Shown here piece by piece: positions 39,315-50,273 of a stretch of 64,000 nucleotides of DNA (position 1 is the stretch's first letter; each line of letters starts with the position of its first letter). Made by a program: the position numbers and the translations under genes. The DNA is taken from positions 4,076-68,075 of the forward strand of contig DAIPIU010000002.1 of NCBI GenBank assembly GCA_036770645.1, written 5' to 3'. The stretch is from Rubrimonas sp. (GTDB taxonomy: Bacteria > Pseudomonadota > Alphaproteobacteria > Rhodobacterales > Rhodobacteraceae). The notes under the pieces were generated by a model. It was not told the origin of the DNA. It was given only the letters and a program-made list of their open reading frames with translations, and ran no database searches.

Positions 39315-41135
39315 TCAGTCGTTCGCTTTCCGCGACTGCCGTTTGCGTTCGTTGCTGTCGAGATAGCGTTTGCGCAATCTCAGCGAACCCGGCGTCACCT
39401 CGACCAACTCGTCGTCGTCGATGTAGGCGATGGCCTCCTCGAGGCTCATGCGGATCGGCGTCGTCAGCACCACGGCGTCGTCCTTGCCCGAGGCGCGGAC
39501 GTTGGTCAGCTTCTTCCCCTTGAGCGGGTTCACCTCGAGGTCGTTGTCCCGGCTGTGCTCGCCGATGATCATGCCCTCATAGACCTTCTCGCCGTGGCCG
39601 ATGAACATCTTGCCGCGTTCCTCGAGGTTCCACAGCGCATAGGCCACGGCGTCGCCCGATTCCATCGAGATCAGCACGCCCTGCCGCCGTCCGGGGATCG
39701 CGCCCTTGTAGGGGGCCCAGGCGTGGAAGATCCGGTTCAGCACCCCGGTTCCCCGCGTGTCGGTCATGAACTCGCCGTGATAGCCGATCAGCCCGCGGCT
39801 CGGCACATGCGCCACGATCCTTGTCTTGCCGGCCCCGGCGGCCCGCATCTCGACCAGCTCGCCCTTGCGCTGCGCCAGCTTCTCGACGACCGACCCGGCA
39901 TAGGGCTCGTCCACGTCGACCGTGACCTCCTCGATGGGCTCGAGCCTCTCGCCGTTCTCCTCGCGCATCAGCACGCGGGGGCGCGAGATCGACAGCTCGA
40001 AGCCCTCGCGGCGCATGTTCTCGATCAGCACGCCCATCTGCAGCTCGCCGCGGCCCGCCACCTCGAAGGCCTCGCCGCCGGGAGTGTCGCTGACCTTGAT
40101 GGCGACGTTGATCTCGGCCTCGCGCATCAGGCGGTCGCGAATCACGCGGCTCTGCACCTTGTCGCCCTCTCGGCCCGCCAGCGGGCTGTCGTTGATGCCG
40201 AAGGTGACCGAGATGGTGGGCGGGTCGATGGGCTGCGCGGCGATGGGCGCGCCCACCGACAGGTCGCACAGGGTGTCCGCGACGGTCGGTTTCGTCATGC
40301 CCGCCAGCGCGACGATGTCGCCCGCCTCGGCCTTGTCCACCGCCGTGCGCGACAGGCCGCGGAAGGCGAGCACCTTCGACACGCGGAAGCGCTCGATCTC
40401 GGCGCCCTCGCGGCTCAGCGCCTTCAGCGTCGAGCCCTGCACGACGCTGCCGCTCTCGATGCGGCCGGTGAGGATGCGCCCGAGGAACGGGTCGGCGTCG
40501 AGCGTGGTGGCGAGCATCGAGAAGGGCTCGGCGGCGCGGGCGACCTGCCTCGGGGCCGGCACATGGACGAGCACGGTCTCGAACAGCGGCGCGAGGCTTT
40601 CGCGCGGGGCCTCGAGCGTCTCGGCCGCCCAGCCGCTGCGCCCGGAGGCGTAGAGCACGGGGAATTCGAGCTGGTCCTCGTGGGCGTCCAGCGCCACGAA
40701 CAGGTCGAACACCTCGTTCAGCGCCCGGTCGGGCTCGGCGTCGGGCTTGTCGACCTTGTTCAGCACCACGATGGGCCGCAGTCCCAGCCGCAGCGCCTTG
40801 GACAGCACGAATTTGGTCTGCGGCATGGGGCCTTCGGCGGCGTCGACCAGCAGGCAGACGCCGTCGACCATGCTCAGGATGCGCTCGACCTCGCCGCCGA
40901 AATCGGCGTGGCCGGGCGTGTCGACGATGTTGATGCGCGCGCCCTTCCATTCGACCGAGGTGCACTTGGCGAGGATGGTGATGCCCCGCTCGCGCTCGAG
41001 GTCGTTGCTGTCCATGGCGCGTTCGGCCACGGCCTGGTTGGCGCGGAAGGAACCCGACTGCTTCAGCAGTTCGTCGACCAGCGTGGTCTTGCCATGGTCG
41101 ACGTGCGCGATGATCGCGATGTTGCGGATGTCCAT
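39315..41135 (-). CDS. typA: Translational GTPase TypA/BipA
   Basis: 606 aa starting [24 protein letters not shown]...; [12 protein letters not shown] and NKVDK also present. Confidence 0.97.
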   Translation of the reverse strand: MDIRNIAIIAHVDHGKTTLVDELLKQSGSFRANQAVAERAMDSNDLERERGITILAKCTSVEWKGARINIVDTPGHADFGGEVERILSMVDGVCLLVDAAEGPMPQTKFVLSKALRLGLRPIVVLNKVDKPDAEPDRALNEVFDLFVALDAHEDQLEFPVLYASGRSGWAAETLEAPRESLAPLFETVLVHVPAPRQVARAAEPFSMLATTLDADPFLGRILTGRIESGSVVQGSTLKALSREGAEIERFRVSKVLAFRGLSRTAVDKAEAGDIVALAGMTKPTVADTLCDLSVGAPIAAQPIDPPTISVTFGINDSPLAGREGDKVQSRVIRDRLMREAEINVAIKVSDTPGGEAFEVAGRGELQMGVLIENMRREGFELSISRPRVLMREENGERLEPIEEVTVDVDEPYAGSVVEKLAQRKGELVEMRAAGAGKTRIVAHVPSRGLIGYHGEFMTDTRGTGVLNRIFHAWAPYKGAIPGRRQGVLISMESGDAVAYALWNLEERGKMFIGHGEKVYEGMIIGEHSRDNDLEVNPLKGKKLTNVRASGKDDAVVLTTPIRMSLEEAIAYIDDDELVEVTPGSLRLRKRYLDSNERKRQSRKAND

Positions 41136-41254
41136 GGAGTCCCGATGCTGCGGCTGCGTTCCCGCGGCACATAGCGGGGCGCGGCCCCGGCGCCAACCGC
41201 GGCCTTCCGGGCGGTGGGCGACCGGGGCCGCGCAGCGGCGCGCGGGGCGCAGGT

Positions 41255-43687
41255 TCAGGCGCGCAGCGTCCCGCCCGTCGCCTTCGCCACCGCCTCGACC
41301 ACGCGGGCCGAGACGGCGGCGATCTCGTCATCGGTCAGGGTGCGGTCGGCGGGCTCGAGCCGCACCCACAGCGCGACCGACTTCTTCCCCGCGCCCAGCG
41401 CCGCCTCCGCCCGCGGGCCGTCGAACAGGTCGAAGGCGTCGGCGGCCGCGATCAGCTTGCGGTCGGCGGCGCGGGCGGCGCGCAGCAGGGCCGCGGCCTC
41501 GGTGCGGGCGTCCACGACGAAGGCGAAGTCGCGCTCGACCGCCTGATAGGCCGAGACCGCCAGCGCCGGCCGCGTCGCGCCGCGCGCCCTCGGCGCGGGG
41601 GCGGCCTCGGGCCAGACCAGCGCAGCGACGGCCGCGCCGCGCAGGCCGAAGGCCGCGACGACCTTCGGGTGCAGTTCGCCGAACACCGCCAGCGTCTCGC
41701 GCCCGAGCTTCAGCGCCGCGGAGCGGCCGGGGTGCAGCCAGACCGGGGCCTCGCGCACGACCTGCAGCTTCTCGGCCGCCACGCCGCAAGCGGCGAGCGC
41801 GGCCTCGGCGTCGGCGCGGGCGTCCCACAGGTCGGGCGGGCGGCGCGCGCCGGTCCATTCCCGCGGCGCGGTGAAGCCCGCGCGCAGGATCGCCGCCGCC
41901 TCGCGCTGCTGGCCGGGCTCGGGCCCGTCGAAGGCCGGCCCCAGCTCGAACAGCGCGATCTCGGCCGCGCCGCGCGCCTGGTTGCGCGCGGCGGCGGCGC
42001 ACAGGCCCGGCAGGGCCGAGGGGCGCATATGCGACAGGTCGGCCGAGATCGGGTTGTCCAGCGCCATCTCCGGCCCGCCGCCGCCGAAGGCCTGCGCATG
42101 GGCCTGCGAGACGAAGGAATAGGTGACGCACTCGTTCAGCCCCTCGGCCGCGAGCCGCCGCCGCACCGCGCGCAACCGCCGCTGGGCCGGTGTCAGCGAC
42201 GGCCCCAGCGCGCCCTGTCCGCCGCGGTCGAGCGGCCGGGCCTTCAGCTTCGTCAGCGAGGCGATGCGCGCGACCTCCTCGACGAGGTCGGCCTCGCCGC
42301 GCACGTCGAGCCGCCAGGACGGGGGCGAGACGCGGAAGGCCGCCCCTTCGGCCGCGACCGCGAAGCCCAGCGCGCGCAGCGTGGCGGCCTGCGTCTCCGG
42401 CGCGATCTCCATGCCGACCAGCGACACCACGCGGGCGGGGTCGAGCGCATAGCTGCGCGCCGTGTCGGGGACGCGCCCCGCTGCCACGATCTCCGAGGGC
42501 TCGCCCCCGCACAGGTCGATGATCATGCGCGTCGCCAGCTCGATGCCGTCGAAGGCCGATGCTGGGTCCACGCCGCGCTCGAAGCGATAGCGCGCGTCGC
42601 TGGCGATCTTCAGCGCCCGGCCGGTCGCGGCGGTGCGGGTGGGGTCGAACCAGGCCGATTCGATGAACACCTCGGTCGTCGCGTCGGTGCATCCCGTGGC
42701 GTCGCCGCCGATCACGCCCCCCAGCGCCTGCGGCCCGGCCTCGTCGCAGACCACGGTCATGCCGGCGTCGAGCGCGTAGGTCCGGCCGTCGAGCGCGGCC
42801 AGCGCCTCGCCGGCCCGCGCGGCGCGCACCGTGATGCCGCCGGTCAGGCGGGCGGCGTCGAAGGCGTGCAGCGGCCGGGCGCGGTCGAAGGTCAGGTAAT
42901 TCGTCACGTCCACCAGCCGCGAGATCGGGCGCAGGCCGATGGCCCGCAGCCGCCGCTGCAGCCAGTCGGGCGAGGGGCCGTTGGCGACGCCGCGGATCAG
43001 CCGTCCGACGAACAGCGGGCAGGCGCCGTCCGCGACCTCGGGGGCCAGCGTCACGGAGACGGGGCAGGGGAAACGCCCCGGCACGGGCGCCGCGGCGGGC
43101 GCGATCAGGCGGCCCAGCCCGCGCGCGGCGAGGTCGCGCGCGATGCCCGCAACGCCCAGCGCGTCGGGGCGGTTGGGGGTGATGGCGATCTCGATCACCG
43201 GGTCCGCCATCCCCGCCCAGTCGATCCAGCGCGCGCCCAGCGGCGCGTCCTCGGGCAGCTCGATGATGCCGTCATGGGCGTCGGACAGCATCAGCTCGCG
43301 CTCGGAGCACAGCATGCCGTTCGATTCGACCCCACGGATCACGCCGGGCTTCAAGTCGACGCCCGTGCCCGGGATGCGCAGGCCCGGCCGCGCGAACACG
43401 CCCACCAGCCCGGTTCGGGCGTTCGGCGCGCCGCAGACCACCTGCACCTCGACCGACGGCGCGCCCGGACCGTCCGGCCAGGTCTCGACGCGGCAGACGC
43501 GCAGCTTGTCGGCGTCGGGGTGCTTGGACGCCTCGATGACGCGCGCGATGGTGAAGCCGCCCAGCGTCGCCGCGGGGTCCGTCACGCCCTCGACCTCGAG
43601 GCCGAGATCGGTCAGGGCCTCGGCGACCGCCTCGACCGGGGCGTCGGTCCCGAGATGCTCCCGCAGCCAGCCCATCGTGAACTTCAT
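41255..43687 (-). CDS. pheT: Phenylalanine--tRNA ligase beta subunit
   Basis: 810 aa starting [15 protein letters not shown]... It has a tRNA-binding domain ([13 protein letters not shown]) plus B3/4, B5 and FDX-ACB regions. Confidence 0.95.
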   Translation of the reverse strand: MKFTMGWLREHLGTDAPVEAVAEALTDLGLEVEGVTDPAATLGGFTIARVIEASKHPDADKLRVCRVETWPDGPGAPSVEVQVVCGAPNARTGLVGVFARPGLRIPGTGVDLKPGVIRGVESNGMLCSERELMLSDAHDGIIELPEDAPLGARWIDWAGMADPVIEIAITPNRPDALGVAGIARDLAARGLGRLIAPAAAPVPGRFPCPVSVTLAPEVADGACPLFVGRLIRGVANGPSPDWLQRRLRAIGLRPISRLVDVTNYLTFDRARPLHAFDAARLTGGITVRAARAGEALAALDGRTYALDAGMTVVCDEAGPQALGGVIGGDATGCTDATTEVFIESAWFDPTRTAATGRALKIASDARYRFERGVDPASAFDGIELATRMIIDLCGGEPSEIVAAGRVPDTARSYALDPARVVSLVGMEIAPETQAATLRALGFAVAAEGAAFRVSPPSWRLDVRGEADLVEEVARIASLTKLKARPLDRGGQGALGPSLTPAQRRLRAVRRRLAAEGLNECVTYSFVSQAHAQAFGGGGPEMALDNPISADLSHMRPSALPGLCAAAARNQARGAAEIALFELGPAFDGPEPGQQREAAAILRAGFTAPREWTGARRPPDLWDARADAEAALAACGVAAEKLQVVREAPVWLHPGRSAALKLGRETLAVFGELHPKVVAAFGLRGAAVAALVWPEAAPAPRARGATRPALAVSAYQAVERDFAFVVDARTEAAALLRAARAADRKLIAAADAFDLFDGPRAEAALGAGKKSVALWVRLEPADRTLTDDEIAAVSARVVEAVAKATGGTLRA

Positions 43688-43854
43688 CGCCCGCCCCCAT
43701 CGCCCGCGCCCGCGCGGTTTACGCGATGGGCGCCCGCCGCGCCAAGGTGCGGCGCGCTTTCGGTCCCCGCGCCAAGGCGCGTCGCGCGCTTGCCGCCTCC
43801 GCGCGCCGCGGCTAGCGTCCGCGCTCCCTGTCCCAGCCTCCGGAACCCGCGCCC

Positions 43855-44133
43855 ATGTCCGTCGAGCCCGCCGCCGGCGCCTTCTCGACCGAGCCCGTCT
43901 CGGCCGCCCAGCTGCGTTCCATCATCGAGCGCATCGAGTCGCTCGAGGAGGAGAAGCGCGCGATCGCCGAGCAGATCAAGGAGGTCTACGCCGAGGCCAA
44001 GGGCAACGGCTTCGACGCCAAGATCCTGCGCAGGATCGTGGCGCTGCGCCGCAAAGACCTCGAGGAGCGGCAGGAGGAGGAGGCGATGCTCGACCTCTAC
44101 ATGCAGGCGCTCGGGATGAACGCGCCCGGCTGA
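43855..44133 (+). CDS. gapR: DUF2312 nucleoid-associated protein (GapR homologue)
   Basis: 92 aa. [48 protein letters not shown] closely parallels Caulobacter GapR as I recall it. Confidence 0.85.
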   Translation: MSVEPAAGAFSTEPVSAAQLRSIIERIESLEEEKRAIAEQIKEVYAEAKGNGFDAKILRRIVALRRKDLEERQEEEAMLDLYMQALGMNAPG

Positions 44134-44142
44134 GGGCCCGCC

Positions 44143-45324
44143 TCACACCAGCGGCATCCGCCGGTGGACGCCGGGCCGCGCGGGGTCGTGGTGCTTGTCG
44201 GGCGGCCCGCGCTCGGCCAGCAGCCGCCGGCAGAAGGCGAGGCGGTCGGGATCGAGCGTCACGCCCAGTCCGGGGCCCTCCGGCAGGGGCAGCATGTTGC
44301 CCCGGGGCGAGAACGGCCCCTCCGCGATCACGTCCAGCGGCTGCCAGCGCAGCAGCGACTGGTTGGGCTCGCGGATGTGGGGGTGGGCCGCGCAGGCGTG
44401 CAGATAGGCCGCCGTCCCCAGCCCCGAATCGCCTGAATAGCACCAGAAATCCACGCCCGTCGCCTCGCAGGCGGACACGAAGCGCAGCATCCGCGTGAAG
44501 CCGCCGAACCCCGCCACGTTCGACACGATGGCGTCGGGCGCGCCCAGCGCCAGCGCCTTCGGCAGGTCGGCGTTGTGCGACGAGAAGGGGATGGTCGTGC
44601 GCGCGCGCAGCCGGGCCATCTCGGCCGGGGTGGCGCAGGGGTCCTCCCAGTTGCGCACGCCCAGCTCCTCGAAGGCGGGGGCGAGGCGCAGCGCGGTCGG
44701 CACGCTGAAGGCCTGGTTGCTGTCGATGCGGATCATGGCGTCCTCGCCCAGCGCATCGCGCAGGGCCCGCACCAGCGCGATGTTGGCGCGGATATCGGGG
44801 TCCGAGACCTTGCCCTCGAAGAAGGTGGTGCCGTGCGCCTCGCGGAAGGCGAGGCACTGCTCGGCCACCGCCGCGACCGTCGCCTCGCCGCCGCGCCCGT
44901 CGCGGGGCAGGCGATAGCCGAAATAGTCGGTGAAGGGGATCTCCCGGCGCACCGGCCCGCCCAGCAGGTCCGCCACGGGGCGGCCCCACAGCCTGCCGCG
45001 CAGATCCCACAGCGCGATCTCGACCCCGCCCCACGCCCCCAGCAGCCCGAAATCCACGATGGATTCTACGCCCGCGCACCAGGGCAGCACCGCGGCCTCG
45101 CAGCCGGCGATGTCGATGGGGTCGCGGCCGATCAGGCGGGGCGCGAAGGCCTCGATGCGCGCGGCGTCGGCATGGGAGGGGGCCTCGCCGATCCCGGTCA
45201 GGCCATCCGCGGTCTCGACCTCGACGATGGTCTTGGAAAAGCCGTCGAGCGTCCCGTAGGACCAGACATAGGGGGCCTCGAGCGGGATCAGCACCGGCGT
45301 GGCGCGGATGGCGGCGATCTTCAC
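44143..45324 (-). CDS. Enolase-superfamily enzyme (mandelate racemase / muconate lactonizing family)
   Basis: 393 aa with TGIGEA, IRIDSNQAF and NWEDP metal-ligand-type motifs. The GTG start (VKIAAIRATPV) has GGGAGAGG SD upstream. The track ORF was trimmed. Confidence 0.8.
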   Translation of the reverse strand: MKIAAIRATPVLIPLEAPYVWSYGTLDGFSKTIVEVETADGLTGIGEAPSHADAARIEAFAPRLIGRDPIDIAGCEAAVLPWCAGVESIVDFGLLGAWGGVEIALWDLRGRLWGRPVADLLGGPVRREIPFTDYFGYRLPRDGRGGEATVAAVAEQCLAFREAHGTTFFEGKVSDPDIRANIALVRALRDALGEDAMIRIDSNQAFSVPTALRLAPAFEELGVRNWEDPCATPAEMARLRARTTIPFSSHNADLPKALALGAPDAIVSNVAGFGGFTRMLRFVSACEATGVDFWCYSGDSGLGTAAYLHACAAHPHIREPNQSLLRWQPLDVIAEGPFSPRGNMLPLPEGPGLGVTLDPDRLAFCRRLLAERGPPDKHHDPARPGVHRRMPLV

Positions 45325-45398
45325 GGGCCTCTCCCTGCGGCGGACGGGCCAGCGTGGCGCGACCGGCACTCCCGGCGCAAGGCCGCGCGGGCGGGGCG

Positions 45399-46625
45399 TC
45401 AGCCGCGGGCGAAGGCGGCGGCCAGTTCCACATGCGGCGACCAGCGGAACTGGTCGACCGGCTGAACCCACAGCAGGCGGAACCCGGCGTCGACCAGCAG
45501 CCGCGCGTCGCGGGCGAAGGTGGCGGGGTTGCAGGACACCGCGGCCACCCGGCGCAGGTCCGACCGCGCGATCTGCGCCGCCTGCGCCAGCGCCCCGGCC
45601 CGGGGCGGGTCGAACACCGCGGCGTCGAAGCGCGCCAGCTCCTCCGGGTGCAGCGGGCGGTCGGCGAGATCGCGCGCCTCCGTGCTCACGGCCTTCATCC
45701 CGGGTGCCGCGCGCCACGCGGCCGACAGCGCCGCGAGCGCGCCGCGGTCGGCCTCGACCGCATGGACCTCCGCCGCCGCCGCCAGCCGCAGGGCGAATGT
45801 GCCGCAGCCCGCGAACAGATCCGCGATGCGCGCCGCGCCGCCCGCGGCCTCCGCCACGGCCGCCGCCAGCGCGGCCTCGCCGTCGCGGGTCGCCTGCAGG
45901 AATCCGCCGGGCGGCGGCACCACGCGCGCCCGGCCCATGGGATGCGCGGGCGGGCGGGCCTGCGCCACCGTCTCGCCGTCGATCGTCAGGCGCGCCACGT
46001 CCAGCGCGCCCGCCCAGGCGGCCAGCCGAAGCCGCCCCGGACCGTCCAGCGGCTTCGCCCCCTCCACCGCCACGTCGAGCCCCGCCTGCGCGGCGGTCAG
46101 CGCGATGCGCAGCGCCCCCGCGCGCGAGGCGCAGAGCGCGGTCAGTTCGGGCAGCGACGGCAGCACCGCCACGATGGCGGGGTCGGCCACCGGACAGGCG
46201 CTCACGGGGACGATGGCCTCGTCCGCGCGGCCGTGGAAGCCGACGAGCGCGCCCTTCCTGGTCCGTCGCGCCGCCAGCGTCACGCGCCGCCGCGCGCCGG
46301 GCGGCGACACATGGATCGGCCGCAGCGGGGCCTCGAGGCCCCGCGCCGCCAGCGCCGCCGCGACCTGCGCCGTCTTCCAGCCCGCCAGCAGCGCGTCCGA
46401 GCCGTGCTGCAGGGCGCAGCCGCCGCAGGCGCCGAAATGCGGGCAGGGCGGCGCGACGCGGTCGGGCGAGGGCGCCTCGATCCGCGCCACGGCCAGCCGG
46501 TCGCCCGCGCGCGGCCCGGTCGCCGTCTCGCCGGGCAGGGCGAAGGCGGCGTAGACGGGCCCCTCGGGCGTGTCGGCCACCCCGTCGCCGCGATGGCCCA
46601 GCCGGTCGATGATGAGCGTTTCCAT
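45399..46625 (-). CDS. RumA/TrmA-family SAM-dependent RNA (uracil-5) methyltransferase with Fe-S cluster cysteines
   Basis: 408 aa with a CPHFGACGGCALQH cluster motif, DLFAGCGTFAL SAM motif, FDPPRAG, and VSCNPATF (nucleophile Cys). Confidence 0.85.
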   Translation of the reverse strand: METLIIDRLGHRGDGVADTPEGPVYAAFALPGETATGPRAGDRLAVARIEAPSPDRVAPPCPHFGACGGCALQHGSDALLAGWKTAQVAAALAARGLEAPLRPIHVSPPGARRRVTLAARRTRKGALVGFHGRADEAIVPVSACPVADPAIVAVLPSLPELTALCASRAGALRIALTAAQAGLDVAVEGAKPLDGPGRLRLAAWAGALDVARLTIDGETVAQARPPAHPMGRARVVPPPGGFLQATRDGEAALAAAVAEAAGGAARIADLFAGCGTFALRLAAAAEVHAVEADRGALAALSAAWRAAPGMKAVSTEARDLADRPLHPEELARFDAAVFDPPRAGALAQAAQIARSDLRRVAAVSCNPATFARDARLLVDAGFRLLWVQPVDQFRWSPHVELAAAFARG

Positions 46626-46688
46626 CGCCGCCGGTTATCCCCCGCCGCGCCCCCGGTCCAGCCCGCGCGGCGGCGGCCGGACCGGCCC

Positions 46689-47414
46689 TCAGGGCTTGCG
46701 CGCGGCGATCAGGAACTCGGCGTTGCCGTCGCCGCCGCGGATCGGGCTTTCCGTCTCCCCCGTCACCGCCCAGCCCGACGCGCCCAGGAAACCGGCGATG
46801 CGCGCCCTGACAGCCGCGTGCACGGCCGGGTCGCGCACGACCCCGCCCCGGCCCACCGCCGCCCGGCCGGCCTCGAACTGCGGCTTGACCAGCGCCACCA
46901 GCGTCGCGCCGGGGTCCGCGCGGTCCAGCGCCGGCGGCAGGGCCTTCTCCAGCGACACGAAGGACAGATCGGCGGTGATCCAGTCGAATCTCGGCAGGTC
47001 GTCGGGCAGGTCGCGCGCATTGACCCCCTCGCGCCGCAGCACCCGCGGGTCGGCGGCAAGGCGCGGGTGAAGCTGGCCGGCGCCGACATCCAGCGCGATC
47101 ACGCGGGCGGCCCCGCGCGACAGCAGCACCTCGGTGAAGCCGCCGGTCGAGGCCCCGAGGTCGAGCGCCACGGCCCCAGCCGGGTCCAGCCCGAAGGCCT
47201 CCAGCGCGTGCAGGAGTTTCAGCGCCCCCCGCCCGACCCAGGGCATCGGGTCGCCCTCCAGCGTCACGGCCGCGCCGGGCGGGACGCCGCGCGCCGCGCG
47301 CGTCTCCCGCGCCCCGTCCACCCGCACCGCGCCCGCGGCGATCAGCGCCTGCGCCCGGGCGCGGCTGGGCGCGAGCCCCAGCGCCACCATCCGCCGGTCG
47401 AGCCTTTCGGCCAA
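46689..47414 (-). CDS. tlyA: TlyA-family rRNA 2'-O-methyltransferase
   Basis: N-terminal S4 domain (RLDRRMVALGLAPSRARAQALIAAGAVRVDG), RGALKL, and LDLGASTGGFTEVLL. The proposed TTG start at 47414 lies 5 nt after the gshA stop. ATG 47390 is an alternative. Confidence 0.8.
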   Translation of the reverse strand: MAERLDRRMVALGLAPSRARAQALIAAGAVRVDGARETRAARGVPPGAAVTLEGDPMPWVGRGALKLLHALEAFGLDPAGAVALDLGASTGGFTEVLLSRGAARVIALDVGAGQLHPRLAADPRVLRREGVNARDLPDDLPRFDWITADLSFVSLEKALPPALDRADPGATLVALVKPQFEAGRAAVGRGGVVRDPAVHAAVRARIAGFLGASGWAVTGETESPIRGGDGNAEFLIAARKP

Positions 47415-47418
47415 GGCG

Positions 47419-48783
47419 TCAGTAGCTGTGGTCGCGGTAGAGGCGGGAGAGATCGCCGCCCCATGCGCCGTCGTAGAGGCGCAGCAACTCGTCGGCCAGC
47501 GTCTCGCCGCTTTCCACCGTGTCGCGCAGGGCGTTGAGGAAATGCCCCTCGTCGGCGTCGAAGCCGCCCGACCGCGCCCGCGCCGCGAGGCCGCGCGCGG
47601 CGATGTCCAGCAATTCGCCCGCGACAGCGCGCAGCGTGCGCCCGCCGATCCGCGCCGCGAGGCCGGACTCGGCCGCGTCGTCGCGCAGCGCCTCGCGCTG
47701 CGCCTGCGTCCAGCCCCTGCAGACATCGAGCGCGGCATCGAGCGCCGCGTCGTCATAGAGCAGCCCGACCCAGAAGGCCGGCAGCGCGCAGAGCCTGCGC
47801 CACGGGCCGCCATCGGCCCCGCGCATCTCGATGTATTTCTTCAGCCGCGCCTCGGGGAACAGCGTCGTCAGGTGGTCGGCCCAGTCCGACAGCGTCGGCT
47901 TCTCGCCGGGCATCGCCGGCAGGCGGCCGTCGAGGAAATCGCGGAAGGACTGCCCCGCGGCGTCGACATAGGCCCCGTCGCGGTAGACGAAGTACATCGG
48001 CACATCGAGCGCCCAGTCGACATAGCGTTCGAACCCGAAGCCGTCCTCGAACACGAAGGGCAGCATGCCCGACCGCCGGCGGTCCACGTCGCGCCAGATG
48101 CGGCCGCGCCAGCTGCGGAAGCCGTTGGGCCGCCCCTCCCAGAAGGGCGAGCTGGCGAACAGCGCGGTTGCCACCGGCTGCAGCGCCATGGCGGCGCGCA
48201 TCTTGCGCACCATGTCGGCCTCGGTGGCGAAGTCGAGGTTCACCTGCACGGTGCAGGTGCGGTACATCATGTCGAGGCCCTGCGTGCCGACCGTCGGCAT
48301 GTAGCGGGTCATGATGTCGTAGCGGCCCTTCGGCATGCGCGGCATGTCCGCGTGACGCCATTCAGGCGCGGCCCCGAGGCCGATGAAGCCCGCGCCGATG
48401 TCCTGCGCGACCGACCGCACCTCGGCGAGGTGCTGGTTCACCTCCTCGCAGGTCTGATGGATGGTGGTCAGCGGCGCGCCGGACAGTTCGAGCTGGCCCC
48501 CGGGCTCGAGGCTGACATTGGCCCCGCCCTTCTTCAGCCCGATGATGTGCGCCCCCTCCATGACGGGGGCCCAGCCGAAGCGGTCGCGCAGGCCTTCCAG
48601 CATCGCGCGCACCGAGCACGCGCCCGCATAGGGCAGGGGCGCGCGGTCCGCGAGGCGATAGCCGAACTTCTCGTGCTCGGTGCCGATGCGCCAGTCCTCG
48701 CGCGGCTTGCAGCCCGCCGCGATGAACGCGACGAGCTCGTCGCGGCTCTCGACGAGGCCGCCGCCCTGCTGGGGTATCGACAT
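47419..48783 (-). CDS. gshA: Glutamate--cysteine ligase, plant/alphaproteobacterial type
   Basis: 454 aa with IGTEHEKFGY, SLEPGGQLELSGAP, TCTVQVNLDF and YIEMRGADGGPW. Confidence 0.92.
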   Translation of the reverse strand: MSIPQQGGGLVESRDELVAFIAAGCKPREDWRIGTEHEKFGYRLADRAPLPYAGACSVRAMLEGLRDRFGWAPVMEGAHIIGLKKGGANVSLEPGGQLELSGAPLTTIHQTCEEVNQHLAEVRSVAQDIGAGFIGLGAAPEWRHADMPRMPKGRYDIMTRYMPTVGTQGLDMMYRTCTVQVNLDFATEADMVRKMRAAMALQPVATALFASSPFWEGRPNGFRSWRGRIWRDVDRRRSGMLPFVFEDGFGFERYVDWALDVPMYFVYRDGAYVDAAGQSFRDFLDGRLPAMPGEKPTLSDWADHLTTLFPEARLKKYIEMRGADGGPWRRLCALPAFWVGLLYDDAALDAALDVCRGWTQAQREALRDDAAESGLAARIGGRTLRAVAGELLDIAARGLAARARSGGFDADEGHFLNALRDTVESGETLADELLRLYDGAWGGDLSRLYRDHSY

Positions 48784-48854
48784 GGCGCGCAGTCCTCGGT
48801 CAGCGACATTGTGGCGCTGAGTTATGCGGCCACCCGGGCCCCTGTCCAGCGCGC

Positions 48855-49376
48855 TCAGGATGCGACGGGCAGGGGGCCGCGCCGGCGCCAGAGGATCACG
48901 TGCGCGCCCTGCGGCGCGTCCAGCGCCGAGGCGACCGACGCGGCCGAGAATCCGGGCAGCGCGGCGAGCGCGTCGAGCAGGCCCTCCGCCCCCTCGGCCG
49001 CCACGGGGATCGCCACGGCGGGGCCGCCGGCCGGGCGCAGCAGCCACACCGGGCCGCCCGGCCGCTGCGCGAGTTCGACCGACAGCAGCGCGTCCAGATC
49101 GGCGATGCCCCCGGCCTCGGGGCCCAGATAGCCGACGCGGCCCTCGCGCACCGCGACGAGGCCGGGGCCGCCGCCATCGCGCAGCCGCGCGCGCAGCGCC
49201 GCATCGCGGACCAGCCAGGCGGCCGCGGCCAGCGCGAGGACCAGCAGCGCGGCCGGGACCGGCGCGCCTGCCAGCGCCGCGGGCCCGAGCCAGAGCGCGG
49301 CCAGCCCGGCCAGCGCCGCCGCCGCCAGCATGCCGCGCCGGCGCGCGATCCAGTCGCGGGCTCCGGGGCGGATCAT
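48855..49376 (-). CDS. Hypothetical membrane protein
   Basis: 173 aa with two hydrophobic helices near the N-terminus and no recognisable motif. The frame was chosen because it fills the gshA-rsmE gap. The start is uncertain (49376 or 49331). Confidence 0.4.
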   Translation of the reverse strand: MIRPGARDWIARRRGMLAAAALAGLAALWLGPAALAGAPVPAALLVLALAAAAWLVRDAALRARLRDGGGPGLVAVREGRVGYLGPEAGGIADLDALLSVELAQRPGGPVWLLRPAGGPAVAIPVAAEGAEGLLDALAALPGFSAASVASALDAPQGAHVILWRRRGPLPVAS

Positions 49377-49434
49377 GCGACGCCCCGCGCGCGGGCGCGG
49401 TGGACCCGCGCCGATGCCCCTGTGCCGCCGGCGG

Positions 49435-50262
49435 TCACGGCGCGTCGCCCGGCGGCGCGTAGCCGGGTCCGCCGGGCGGTGCCCGCTCCGTCCCGGCGAC
49501 TTCCCGCGCCGCGCGGTCCGGCGGCGCGCGCCAGTCGCCAAGCGCGGCCTGCCAGAGCGCCAGCGCCGCCACGGCGGCGGTGTCGGCGCGCAGGACGCGC
49601 GGCCCAAGGCCCGCGGGGCGCGCGAAGGGCAGGGCGCGCAGGGCCGCGGCCTCCTCGGGCGCGAACCCGCCCTCCGGACCGATCAGCACCGCCCAGGGGC
49701 CCGGCGCCTCCGCCGCCAGCATCGCGGACGCCGGCGGGCCCGCGCCGGTCTCGTCGCAGAACATCAGCCGTCGCGCGGGGTCCCAGCCGGCCAGCGCCGC
49801 CTCGAGCGGCAGGGGCGCCGCGACCTCCGGCACGGACAGCAGGCCGCACTGTTCCGCGGCCTCGACCGCATGGGCGCGCAGGCGGTCGAGGTTCACGCGG
49901 TCGGCGTTGGTGCGCCGGGTGAAGACGGGCACGAGGCGCCGCGCCCCCATCTCGGCCGCCTTCTCGGCCACGAAATCGGTGCGGGCGCGCTTGAGCGGCG
50001 CGAACAGCAGCCACAGATCGGGCGGCGCCGCCTGCGGGCGCAGCGCCGTCCCGCAGACCAGAGACCCGCCGCGCCGGTCCGCCGTCTCGACCGCGGCGCG
50101 CCATTCCCCGTCGCGCCCGTTGAACAGCGCCACGCCGTCGCCCGGCTGCAACCGCATGACGGAGAACAGGTAATGCGCCTGCTCGCGCCCGGGCGCGACC
50201 GTCGCGCCCGGGCCCAGCGGGGCCTCGACGAACAGCCTGACTTTCGGCGCGGGATGCGGCAT
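49435..50262 (-). CDS. rsmE: 16S rRNA (uracil1498-N3)-methyltransferase RsmE
   Basis: RLFVEAPL, HYLFSVMRLQPGD, LIGPEGGF and RAETA-type (here LRADTAAV) motifs. Confidence 0.85.
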   Translation of the reverse strand: MPHPAPKVRLFVEAPLGPGATVAPGREQAHYLFSVMRLQPGDGVALFNGRDGEWRAAVETADRRGGSLVCGTALRPQAAPPDLWLLFAPLKRARTDFVAEKAAEMGARRLVPVFTRRTNADRVNLDRLRAHAVEAAEQCGLLSVPEVAAPLPLEAALAGWDPARRLMFCDETGAGPPASAMLAAEAPGPWAVLIGPEGGFAPEEAAALRALPFARPAGLGPRVLRADTAAVAALALWQAALGDWRAPPDRAAREVAGTERAPPGGPGYAPPGDAP

Positions 50263-50273
50263 GACGTGTCCCC

